The notes under the pieces are model-generated. The model had not been told where the DNA came from. It made no database searches and worked only from the letters and a program-made list of their open reading frames with translations. A program made the translations under genes and the position numbers. From assembly GCA_000996895.1 (NCBI GenBank), contig LCBB01000002.1, positions 27,596 to 91,595 of the forward strand: 64,000 nucleotides of DNA, written 5' to 3'. This stretch comes from a candidate division WWE3 bacterium GW2011_GWC2_41_23. Its GTDB lineage: Bacteria > Patescibacteriota > WWE3 > UBA101185 > UBA10185. Below, piece after piece: positions 7,412 to 16,624 of this stretch. Positions within the stretch are counted from its first letter, which is position 1. The number at the start of each line of letters is the position of its first letter.

Positions 7412-8425
7412 TTATCCTCCTAAATAATTTCCCGTTGTTTTATCGACGCCCCTCAATTTTAACGCAGGTTTTTTCAATATGCCAACTATAAAATTTATTC
7501 CGTACACTATATGAGTTAGAAAAATTCCTAAAGAAACATAAACCGCTCCTTTTAGATTTTTATCTTTGAAAAAAACGCGGGCACCTTCGCAAATCAACAT
7601 TGACAGGTATAGGACCAACCCGATTAGGTACAGCTCCCAAAGCCGGGGTAAGGCTAAAGATATGAAAGGACCCAGAACCAAGCCCGTTACAAACGCCGAA
7701 GGGGCAAAATAGGAGGGAAGCCTGGACGTTTCGGGAAAAATCCTGGCAAACTGGCCTCTGTGGCGTCCATACCTGGATATTTGCTTTAGGTGCGGGATAA
7801 AAAGGTTCCTTCTGTGATGATAAACCACCGGTGAGGGCTCATAGTTAAACTTTCTTCCCTGAGACTTTACCAGATCAAGACAAAGCTTGGTGTCCTCCCC
7901 AGGCCAAAATTCAACGGGAAAGCCCCCTACCCCATCGAATACTTTTTTCCGCACAAATAAGTTTACTGTGGGGTAGTCATCGATTTCCATACTTTTTCCG
8001 GGCGTATGCCTGTAAACCGTTCCGGCACTTGCCATCCAGGACTCCAGCACCCTCCCCGACATTTTTTCCAAAAACTCCGCATCTTTCGGTGTCATGGCGG
8101 GTCCCCCAAGAGCGTACGCTTCCTGATTTTCAAAAACTTCAACTGCCCTGTCTAACCAATCTTTTTCCGGATATGCGTCATCGTCCAAAAAAGCTAATAT
8201 GTCTCCGGAAGCTTTTGCCGCACCTATATTTCTTTTTTCACCGGGTCCTATAGGGCCGGAATTTATCAGGATAAATCTTGAGTCCTGAAAATCATAACTC
8301 TCTTCCTCGTCGGTAATGATTACTACTTCGAAATTTTGGTAAGTAAGTTCTTTCAGGTGAGAAATATTCTCTTTTAAAAACTCATTTATTTTTCTGACGG
8401 GAATAATAATGCTGAACTTATTCAC
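7412..8425 (-). CDS. glycosyltransferase family 2 with C-terminal TM segments
   Basis: FSIIIPVRKINEFLKEN...FEVVIITDEE, DDDAYP DxD motif, hydrophobic C-terminus. Confidence 0.8.
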   Translation of the reverse strand: MNKFSIIIPVRKINEFLKENISHLKELTYQNFEVVIITDEEESYDFQDSRFILINSGPIGPGEKRNIGAAKASGDILAFLDDDAYPEKDWLDRAVEVFENQEAYALGGPAMTPKDAEFLEKMSGRVLESWMASAGTVYRHTPGKSMEIDDYPTVNLFVRKKVFDGVGGFPVEFWPGEDTKLCLDLVKSQGRKFNYEPSPVVYHHRRNLFIPHLKQISRYGRHRGQFARIFPETSRLPSYFAPSAFVTGLVLGPFISLALPRLWELYLIGLVLYLSMLICEGARVFFKDKNLKGAVYVSLGIFLTHIVYGINFIVGILKKPALKLRGVDKTTGNYLGG

Positions 8426-9251
8426 CTCTCAACTCTCCTGTATTGACGCGCATATCCAACTCTTTGTCATAGACCCACTTTCTGTCACTTTTGTCATCGT
8501 AATATTTTAAAAAGTTCAATCTGTAGAAAACGGCGGCGGTGTCTAATAACATGTTTCGGATGTGCCGGTCGAGAAAGAAAAACGCCGAAAATGAGGATTC
8601 AGAAAAATCTATATTTACATATACCGGAGCTTCGTAAATATTATGAAAGCCCAAATGGCTTGCTACGGCCAATAGCTCGATGTCGAAAGCAAATTCTTTT
8701 ATTACAAGCCTGGGTAATACTTTGACCAGAACTTCCCGTTTAAATACCTTCAGCCCCGTCTGAGTATCCTTCACGTGTAAACCGAAAAGTAACCACACCA
8801 AAGTGTGATAGCCCCAGCTATAAACTCTTCTCACAATAGGATATTTAACCTTAGATGCCGGATGTTTTTTGCTCCCCACAATAATATCCGCTCCGTACCA
8901 TTCCATGTGTTCGAGAAGCATTGAAATTCCGTTGGGGTTAATGTCCATCCCTGCGTCTATGAACGAAACGTAATCGCCCGACGCCCTTGCCATACCGTAT
9001 CTGATTGCGTAACCTTTTCCTCTATTTCTCTCATAACAAAATGCTTTTAATTTTTTATTTTCCAAAGATTTTGCAATATCGTATGTTTTATCAAGCACGC
9101 CGTCGACAACTACTATAATTTCAAAATCCCACCTGGTTTGAAGCATAGTGTTCAGTATATTTTCAAGATCTTGTTTGATGGTTTTTTCTTGTTTATAGGC
9201 AGGGACAATTATCGAAACAAGTTTTTCAGATTTCTGTTGCTCTTTTTCCAT
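8418..9251 (-). CDS. glycosyltransferase family 2
   Basis: VSIIVPAYKQEKTI...FEIIVVVDGVLDKT and the IDAGMD motif. Confidence 0.8.
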   Translation of the reverse strand: MEKEQQKSEKLVSIIVPAYKQEKTIKQDLENILNTMLQTRWDFEIIVVVDGVLDKTYDIAKSLENKKLKAFCYERNRGKGYAIRYGMARASGDYVSFIDAGMDINPNGISMLLEHMEWYGADIIVGSKKHPASKVKYPIVRRVYSWGYHTLVWLLFGLHVKDTQTGLKVFKREVLVKVLPRLVIKEFAFDIELLAVASHLGFHNIYEAPVYVNIDFSESSFSAFFFLDRHIRNMLLDTAAVFYRLNFLKYYDDKSDRKWVYDKELDMRVNTGELRGE

Positions 9252-10503
9252 TGTTACCTACTATAAAAAATACGGAAAGAAGTACTAAGCTGATTATACC
9301 AGCATATATGTCGGCACTGATTACATTGTACAAAGTCGCGTGATTTGAGTTTATTAGTACATACTGGACGATTAAACCAGGCAGCAACAGTAGGAACACG
9401 GAGGTTCTATTGACGGCCAAAAAGAACAGTACCAGAAAGTTAATCACTATATATAAACCGATGAATAGCGAGAAAACCGGCAAGTACTCCACCGAGTTCA
9501 TAAATCTTTCTCCGAAAAATAGTCTGGTCAGAAAAGAAGGAAATAATGAGAAGGCTACCAATCCTCCGGCGACCAATACTAACTGAAGTGATAAAAATTT
9601 AAAAAACGCCCGGCCGTAATTTAACCCCCGCGCAGCCAGCGAAGAAATTGTAGGGAACATTACCGTAGAAACTGCACCGGCACCGAATAGAAAAATTTTA
9701 CCTAAAGTAACAGTACCCGCATAATATCCGGCCATTTCCGGATCAAAATATTTTTTAACTAGAATTATGTCTATATTATTTAGAAACATTAATCCGAAAC
9801 TTACAAACATTACCGGAAGGCTGAACGCGAGTAATCTTTTGTAGTCCTCCATTAAGCTGATGTTTTCAAAAACCGTTAAGTTCTTGCGTAAAATAAAAAA
9901 TGCGGTGAGTAGCGCTAACACACCGGCAACAAACATTCCTCCGAACGCTCCCGCTAATTTAAACCCTAATAAAACGGCAAGAACAGAAAAACCAAAACGG
10001 TAAAAGCTCGACAACACATTGAAAAAGGCGTAAGCACGGTATCTTAGCAAACCCTGAAAGTACGAGGCCGGTATTGCCCCTGCGAAAGCCAATCCCATCG
10101 AAATACCGTAAACGGTAATAAGAACGGTGTCATTGATTTTTAGTTGTTCCGAAATACTAAATCTAAGTAAAAAAATCGCTAGTGATATTCCAACCCCCAG
10201 CACCAGTGAAATTACAAGAAGTTTCCAGTACATTGCCGTAAGTTTTTTTGAATCCTGCCTCGAAGAAAGTTCCGAAACATATTTTATAAGTGAGACGCTG
10301 AAAACTCCCGCAGGAACACCCACCAAATATGAGAGAGAAATCAAAGCATTAAAAGTTCCGAAATCGGCAACTGAAAGTATTCTACCGAAAACAAATTGCA
10401 GTAAATACGAAAAAATAGAAGCCAAAACACTACCGACTCCTATATATACCGTACCCATCAGATACTTATTCGTTTTAACTTTTTGTATGAATGCCCCAAT
10501 CAT
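9226..10503 (-). CDS. polysaccharide/oligosaccharide flippase (Wzx-like, MOP superfamily)
   Basis: 425 aa with about 12 predicted TM helices and the length and pattern typical of Wzx. Confidence 0.65.
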   Translation of the reverse strand: MIGAFIQKVKTNKYLMGTVYIGVGSVLASIFSYLLQFVFGRILSVADFGTFNALISLSYLVGVPAGVFSVSLIKYVSELSSRQDSKKLTAMYWKLLVISLVLGVGISLAIFLLRFSISEQLKINDTVLITVYGISMGLAFAGAIPASYFQGLLRYRAYAFFNVLSSFYRFGFSVLAVLLGFKLAGAFGGMFVAGVLALLTAFFILRKNLTVFENISLMEDYKRLLAFSLPVMFVSFGLMFLNNIDIILVKKYFDPEMAGYYAGTVTLGKIFLFGAGAVSTVMFPTISSLAARGLNYGRAFFKFLSLQLVLVAGGLVAFSLFPSFLTRLFFGERFMNSVEYLPVFSLFIGLYIVINFLVLFFLAVNRTSVFLLLLPGLIVQYVLINSNHATLYNVISADIYAGIISLVLLSVFFIVGNNGKRATEI

Positions 10504-12092
10504 AATGAAGTTCTCTCGTACACTTTATATACTTCAACACCACGGAGATAGATGCTATCTACATACTTTAAACCGAACCTTTTCTCTTCCCCGGAAATGT
10601 CGCCCCATACAGGATAGACAAAGTACTTCGTTTTTACCGCGAAAGGCGTTAAGTCCTCGATGACCGCGTATCCCCCTATTACACGGAAAAACGGGTGAAT
10701 CTGGGTATAATATTTTTCCTGGAAAGCTACGGTTAAAGCATTTCCTGCCTCCGATCCGCTCAGAACTTTTTCTAAAGAAGTGTTGCCGTAAACAGGGTTC
10801 AATCCGTCTTCGGTCATTTTCTTTTCAAAAAAGTTTATAACTTGTCTTTCCCCGATTAGCCACTTAGGCTCCAAGACGTTTATTCCTGTTTTAAGGCCGC
10901 CGAACATCGGGTTGTAATACGACATGTAGTCAGGATGGAGGTAGAATGCAGGTATTGCCGTGGCAATTACCAAAGGAATAAATTTCAAGAAACTTCTTCC
11001 TTTTATTTTTTCCAGTAGCCAAATCCAGAACAAAGACGTGATTAAAGACAACATCATAATATTCGGTAAAATGTAACGGTCCAGTTTCTTTGACGGAATT
11101 ATTAACTGCGCGAAATAAAATCCTACAAACAACAAAACGTAGAGTAAAAACTTGCGTTGTCCTTCAACAAATATTTTTTTCCAAAATATTGCGGTTCCGA
11201 TTAAACCTAAAATTAAAAGATAAGAAGAGCGTAAACCCAAAACTACGAAATAGTAGAAAAAGCCCGGGTCTTCTACAAGCTTTCCGAAATAGAATTGTAC
11301 GTGCTCCCTTTCAATTCCGATTTCCGACACCCCGCGGTAGAGCGCTGCCAGAGCCTGCCCGGGAAATGCCCACATAGCGGGCCAAAATGCCGTGAACGTG
11401 GCTAAAAATATAAGAAGCCACAATCCGATTTTCGGTAAAGCGGTGACAATATTTTTCCTTCCTTCTATCAGCAATATAAGCCCCGCGTAAGGAAACATAA
11501 ATAATGCTGAGGTCTTGGTTAAAAAAGCCAGTCCCGCGAATACAGCCGAAACTACCAATCTTTTTTTCTTGCCCATATCCAGTGTGTAATAGTAAAGCCA
11601 CAAAAAAGACGCCAGCATAAACGTCGACATCAATCCTTCCAAATGGAACTCGCGGGTTAAAGCAAGGTAGAACGGTTCAAGAGAAAGTAAGGTAACTAAC
11701 AATAAAGCTTTTCTCGCCCCGAACAATTTTTTGAGTACGAAAAGTGAGAGACCCAGTGTTACCGCTATTGCAGTCACCACGAAGAGTTTTTGCACAAAGT
11801 GAAGCTGAAAAATCATCGCGACGCTATTTTCGGCAGGATTACTCTCGGAATAAAAATTGTAAACTTTTATTGCAGCCGTCCCGAGCCACATTAAAGTAAC
11901 CCCGGGATGATATTTCTGAATTGTCTTTTCTAAATCCCAAGTAAAGACACCGGTGCCGAAATCGTAGCTACGCGCCTTCCATTTCCATACATCGGTATTA
12001 AACGTATCGTTCCCAAGATCAGGAAGCCTGGAGGCTATAAAAAGAAGGGCAAAAAGTATTTCAAGTAAGTGGTTTTTAATAAATTTAATCAT
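10500..12092 (-). CDS. GT-C fold membrane glycosyltransferase (PMT/ArnT-like)
   Basis: Polytopic N-terminal part plus a soluble C-terminal domain. Shares the YHPGVTLMW motif with the 13575..15149 gene. Confidence 0.55.
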   Translation of the reverse strand: MIKFIKNHLLEILFALLFIASRLPDLGNDTFNTDVWKWKARSYDFGTGVFTWDLEKTIQKYHPGVTLMWLGTAAIKVYNFYSESNPAENSVAMIFQLHFVQKLFVVTAIAVTLGLSLFVLKKLFGARKALLLVTLLSLEPFYLALTREFHLEGLMSTFMLASFLWLYYYTLDMGKKKRLVVSAVFAGLAFLTKTSALFMFPYAGLILLIEGRKNIVTALPKIGLWLLIFLATFTAFWPAMWAFPGQALAALYRGVSEIGIEREHVQFYFGKLVEDPGFFYYFVVLGLRSSYLLILGLIGTAIFWKKIFVEGQRKFLLYVLLFVGFYFAQLIIPSKKLDRYILPNIMMLSLITSLFWIWLLEKIKGRSFLKFIPLVIATAIPAFYLHPDYMSYYNPMFGGLKTGINVLEPKWLIGERQVINFFEKKMTEDGLNPVYGNTSLEKVLSGSEAGNALTVAFQEKYYTQIHPFFRVIGGYAVIEDLTPFAVKTKYFVYPVWGDISGEEKRFGLKYVDSIYLRGVEVYKVYERTSL

Positions 12093-13594
12093 TAGCGGAT
12101 CATCTCCTCGACCGTGATATACGGGCCAATTCTACCTTTGTTAGACACCTCAAAAAGGGCTTTGCCCGAAGAAACTCCTTTGTCCGTTTCGATGTAATAA
12201 TAACGCGTTCCTTTAGGTAGTTTTGTTGCATCTTTCACCGCATTATTAAATACATACTTCGCTACGGGCTCTACATCCGAGCTTCCGTAAACTACCCGCG
12301 TACCCAGCGGAACTTCTGTCTCCAGAAATTTTTGCAACTCCAGCCGTGTGTCGTTTCTTAAAAATCTTACTGAATTATAAACGGACAAATAGAACGGAGG
12401 TAAAAATAAAATGAGAATTATCGGAAAATATAATGACTTCATTCCCAGACTCGCCTTATTCATAGCCCACACACAGAAATAACCGAATATGACCGAAAAG
12501 AACGGGTATGTAATGAAGTAATACTGCGAACGGCTTTTTTCGAAACCCGAAATGTAATAAATTAGGGCAAACACCGTAATTATTAAAAACATCAAAGACA
12601 CGTCAAACCTGGAAAATTTTCCTCTTAAAAATCTAATAAGAACAAGGCCGGAAGTTAGAAACAGCCCGATCAAAATTGTGTAACCTAGGTCATCCGATAT
12701 TTTAAAACTTATGTCCGTGAAAAATTTTACCAGATGCTCGGAAAAACTTACCGAACCCACGTTGGTGAACTGCCAAAAAGCTCCCACTGCCGAGTCGGTC
12801 CTGCTAAAGGTCTTATAGTCCAGGATGGCATACGGTGTACCGAGGACAAACCCCAAAAAGGCAAAAATGCCGGCTAAAAAGAGGTTCAAAATCGTCTTAA
12901 AATAGGGAAAATCGCCCCTTGTATCGGAAAGGCGTATTTTGACCAAAACCCAGCGTAAAAACGCCGCCAAAGGTACTGTAACGGCTCCCAGACCCCCGTT
13001 ATACTTGTTCGAGGCGGCGATCCCTATAAAAAACCCCGACATTATATAGTCTATAGGATATCCGTGGACAAGAATACGCGCGGCAAAGTAAACCCCCCAC
13101 GACATAAAAAACAACATGGGCGCGTCAGGGAGCGAATAGTGGGAATGCCACACGTGAAAAGGGATTAAGGTAAAAGCCAGGGCTGAGAGGAGACCGACTT
13201 TATCGCCGAACAGAACTTTTCCGGTTTTATATATTGGAATCACCGTTAACGCCCCAAGCACTGCCGCAAAAACGCGCGTTATAAAATAGAAAACGACGGT
13301 GTCGTCCCACATGAGCGGAAATATTTTAATCATAAAGTTTTGAAAGTTATAATCGATTGCGAGATCCCGGATCTTAGCAAAAACCAGATAAACAAAATAG
13401 TTAGCATATATAAAAAAGTGAGGCCAGTCGAAGTGACCGGGATTCGGATCAAACCTCACATCAAGAGCAGACCGGACTATTGTAGGTTCGTCGGGGTGGA
13501 AAATAAAAGGGAATCCGTGACTTATTCCCGCTAGTCTTAATGCAAGGGCAAGAAATATTATCAGGTATAAAAGACTACTTGTCTTCCTTGACAT
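12092..13594 (-). CDS. GT-C glycosyltransferase, family 39/83-like (ArnT/PMT_2)
   Basis: First-loop DE motif (FHPDEPTIVRSALD), about 11 TM helices, then a soluble C-terminal domain. Confidence 0.65.
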   Translation of the reverse strand: MSRKTSSLLYLIIFLALALRLAGISHGFPFIFHPDEPTIVRSALDVRFDPNPGHFDWPHFFIYANYFVYLVFAKIRDLAIDYNFQNFMIKIFPLMWDDTVVFYFITRVFAAVLGALTVIPIYKTGKVLFGDKVGLLSALAFTLIPFHVWHSHYSLPDAPMLFFMSWGVYFAARILVHGYPIDYIMSGFFIGIAASNKYNGGLGAVTVPLAAFLRWVLVKIRLSDTRGDFPYFKTILNLFLAGIFAFLGFVLGTPYAILDYKTFSRTDSAVGAFWQFTNVGSVSFSEHLVKFFTDISFKISDDLGYTILIGLFLTSGLVLIRFLRGKFSRFDVSLMFLIITVFALIYYISGFEKSRSQYYFITYPFFSVIFGYFCVWAMNKASLGMKSLYFPIILILFLPPFYLSVYNSVRFLRNDTRLELQKFLETEVPLGTRVVYGSSDVEPVAKYVFNNAVKDATKLPKGTRYYYIETDKGVSSGKALFEVSNKGRIGPYITVEEMIR

Positions 13595-15149
13595 ATATTC
13601 TCCAGTACTCCAATCCGTTAACGTAAAGCGATGAATCTTTCCTGAACCTGGTTCCGCTTTTTAAAACTTTTTCGGGCATTTCTTCGTTTATTCCTAAGAC
13701 TAATAGTTCGTAATCGCTTACCCCGTTAATCCTTATATCCGCTACTTTTGAGTTCGAGTAAATTGCTTTCATAGGCTTTGTGTCTATAAAACCCAGCTCC
13801 GGTTCACCGCCGTACTTCTCTATTATGTAGTCCTTAAGTGCCGGAACCGCGATGCCGAATGGTTTTTGGGCAATAATCCTGTTTGCCGATTCAGCAGTAC
13901 CGAACAACGGGCTGGTATATGTAAAGTAGTAAGGAAAATCCACGACCGCGGGTAGGATGTAAAAAAGAGTAAATGAGAATATTGCCAGGCTCATGAATAT
14001 TTTCTTTAACCTGGTCGTTTTTATTAATAAGTAAAATCTTAAAATTCCATGAGCAGCTAAAAGCGCTAAAAACGGATAAAGCGGAAGCATGTATCTATCA
14101 AGTTTTTTGGACGGGTAAATCATGACGAAAAAATATCCGAGATAGAACATGGCAAGATAAAGGTAAGGGTTGGAATATTTAGAGGCAAAAATTTTCATAA
14201 CCGCAGTAGCGGACTTTGCGCATTTTATTAAACAAAGCGCGAGTCCGGTTATTAAAAACGGCGTAACTTTAATTAGAAGCACCAGCGGATAAAATAAAAT
14301 CCCCGCGTCCTGTGTTGTTTCCCCGAATACTATCTGTTCGTGACCTTTTCTTATTCCTACTCTTTCAGACTCGGCAAATATCTCCGTCATGTAGTAAACC
14401 GGCCTTACCCACAAAGCGGGAAATAATAAAAAGGTTGTTACGATAAACGCACCCAATATTGTACAAAAGTATTTCAAAAGTCCTCTGAGATCTTTTTTAT
14501 TCGCAAAGTAAGCTGTTGAAAAAATCAATACAAAAAAGAGAGCGCCTATACCGATGCTTTTGGTAAGAAATGAAAGTGACAAGAACACCCCCGTCAGAAT
14601 TGTCCCCTTATAGCTAAAATTCCTGAGATTTAACCAGCTTATAAGCAAACCTATAAGCACAAACAGCGCCAGCAGTATATCCATGTGGTACAACCTGGAA
14701 TTGCCCATAAAAAAGGGTTCCAGGGAGAAAAGAAACACCGAAAAATAGGCTATTTTGAACCCAACCACCCGCGTTAAATAATATAAAAGAATAAAGGTCA
14801 GAATTAACTGGGCAGCCACCACCGAAACTTTAGCCACGGTATTAAAGGCCAGGAAGTTGAATTGATCGTAAGTGGTTATCCCCGTGATTTGTTTATAGAT
14901 CTCAATCGGCACTCCTGTAATCCACATTAAAGTGACGCCCGGATGATAATGCTGGTAAGTTCGCTCAAAATCCCCCGATTTTAAACCGACAATAAATTGC
15001 TGCGACCTATAATGCCAGTTAACTCCGTCGGGGTTTATTTCGTCGGGGCCAAGAAAAAGAAAACGCGTTAAACCAAAGACCAGTATAAAAAAAATGATAG
15101 CCACGTGCTTATTGGTAATAAGACCGGTTAAACGTTCCCGTATTTTCAT
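13575..15149 (-). CDS. GT-C fold membrane glycosyltransferase (PMT/ArnT-like); paralog of 10500..12092
   Basis: LGPDEINPDG first-loop DE motif and YHPGVTLMW. Polytopic. Confidence 0.6.
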   Translation of the reverse strand: MKIRERLTGLITNKHVAIIFFILVFGLTRFLFLGPDEINPDGVNWHYRSQQFIVGLKSGDFERTYQHYHPGVTLMWITGVPIEIYKQITGITTYDQFNFLAFNTVAKVSVVAAQLILTFILLYYLTRVVGFKIAYFSVFLFSLEPFFMGNSRLYHMDILLALFVLIGLLISWLNLRNFSYKGTILTGVFLSLSFLTKSIGIGALFFVLIFSTAYFANKKDLRGLLKYFCTILGAFIVTTFLLFPALWVRPVYYMTEIFAESERVGIRKGHEQIVFGETTQDAGILFYPLVLLIKVTPFLITGLALCLIKCAKSATAVMKIFASKYSNPYLYLAMFYLGYFFVMIYPSKKLDRYMLPLYPFLALLAAHGILRFYLLIKTTRLKKIFMSLAIFSFTLFYILPAVVDFPYYFTYTSPLFGTAESANRIIAQKPFGIAVPALKDYIIEKYGGEPELGFIDTKPMKAIYSNSKVADIRINGVSDYELLVLGINEEMPEKVLKSGTRFRKDSSLYVNGLEYWRIYVKEDK

Positions 15150-15150
15150 A

Positions 15151-16620
15151 TTATTTCTTCAACGCCCTCACAAATTTTTTCGCGTATTCAATTCCGCTTT
15201 GAACTTCTTTTTTAGTCAAATAGCCCGGAATGAAAAACGCCCAAATTAACATCCCGAACAAAAACGGAAAGAATGCAATCTTCATATTTAACGGCAACAT
15301 TGCGATCATAGAAATTGAAAACGCCTGCGCAAGTATCGCTAGATGATCAATGTTAAAATAGCTGAACTTTAATTTTTTTCCTGTAGCAACACTTATATAT
15401 AAAAAAGACATCGCAGAGCCGAAAGCCATTCCCCACGCCATGCCCGGAAGGGCGCCGATAGTGCGGTATGTTCCGAAAAAGAAAGCTGCGGTTGCCGCTA
15501 TCAGCAATGCAAACCCGGCTATCATATGTTTAACCATTTTTGCCGGAATCAAGACGCTGGATTTTACAATATTGATGAAAGAATATAGGATAAACGCGAA
15601 TATGACCGGTGCAATCAAAACGTAGGAATCCTGATACTTATCCCCTCCCACTACCAGGTTCACGATTTCGGGAGCCCAATATGAAGCAAACGCGGCTGCT
15701 GCGATGACGCTTATAAAAATCTTGTCGAAATTTTTAGTAAAAAGTCTTTTGAAATCCGCAAAATCTTTCACATATTTTTCGGAAAGAACGGGAAGGCTTA
15801 CATCCGTAACAGCATCAGAAATACTCATTAACTTCTTTGCGTACAAAAGTGCGAACGCAAAAATAGCTATAACTTCCGGAGAGTTAAATAATCCCAGAAC
15901 GTTTGTTCCAAACTTTTCCCAGTTGGTGTAAATAATTTTCACAAGATAAATTGCCATACTTATTGAAAATATTTCTTTGAAAAGACGGTTAAAATCTGAG
16001 CGGCTCGGAAACTGCATACTCCCTCTTAAAGGTTTGAAAGCTATATAACCCAAAATAATAGAGCTCAGGACATTGAACATGAAAAAGGCGTAGAAGTAGC
16101 CGTTTACCCTGTAAGTTAAAACAAGCGGTATAAAGATAACCACGCTCGCGGCGGCAATTGCGATTTGATATAGAAATAGCTGTTTAAATCTTTTTGTACC
16201 GGATATAACCGAGTTTAGAATACTCTGCACTCCCTGGAAAAGTAGTGTAAGGGCATAAATTTTAATGGGAAGGACAAGAACTTCATTTTTGTAAATATCA
16301 ACCGCCACATAATTCGCCGCAAGAAAAAGCCCGATAGCAATCGGAACGGTGATGGCGTAACGTATTACCGCCGAAGTTATGAATATTTTAAAAACTTCTT
16401 TGTCGTCAGATGCCGAAGAAATTTCACGGGTGCTTGCTGAAGCAAGACCCAAGTGTTGATAAATTCCGAGCGCGCCGCCTATTGAAATCGCGAGCTGTAT
16501 AACTCCCCACTCCCCCACACTAAGTACGCGGATTATCACAAATGTCTGCACCAGTCCCAAAAGCATCGCCATGGACCTTGACGCAAAACTAATTATTTGC
16601 CATTTTCCGAGTTCTTTCAT
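15151..16620 (-). CDS. polysaccharide flippase (Wzx-like)
   Basis: 489 aa polytopic protein with the MOP/Wzx-like pattern. Confidence 0.6.
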   Translation of the reverse strand: MKELGKWQIISFASRSMAMLLGLVQTFVIIRVLSVGEWGVIQLAISIGGALGIYQHLGLASASTREISSASDDKEVFKIFITSAVIRYAITVPIAIGLFLAANYVAVDIYKNEVLVLPIKIYALTLLFQGVQSILNSVISGTKRFKQLFLYQIAIAAASVVIFIPLVLTYRVNGYFYAFFMFNVLSSIILGYIAFKPLRGSMQFPSRSDFNRLFKEIFSISMAIYLVKIIYTNWEKFGTNVLGLFNSPEVIAIFAFALLYAKKLMSISDAVTDVSLPVLSEKYVKDFADFKRLFTKNFDKIFISVIAAAAFASYWAPEIVNLVVGGDKYQDSYVLIAPVIFAFILYSFINIVKSSVLIPAKMVKHMIAGFALLIAATAAFFFGTYRTIGALPGMAWGMAFGSAMSFLYISVATGKKLKFSYFNIDHLAILAQAFSISMIAMLPLNMKIAFFPFLFGMLIWAFFIPGYLTKKEVQSGIEYAKKFVRALKK

Positions 16621-16624
16621 ATTT

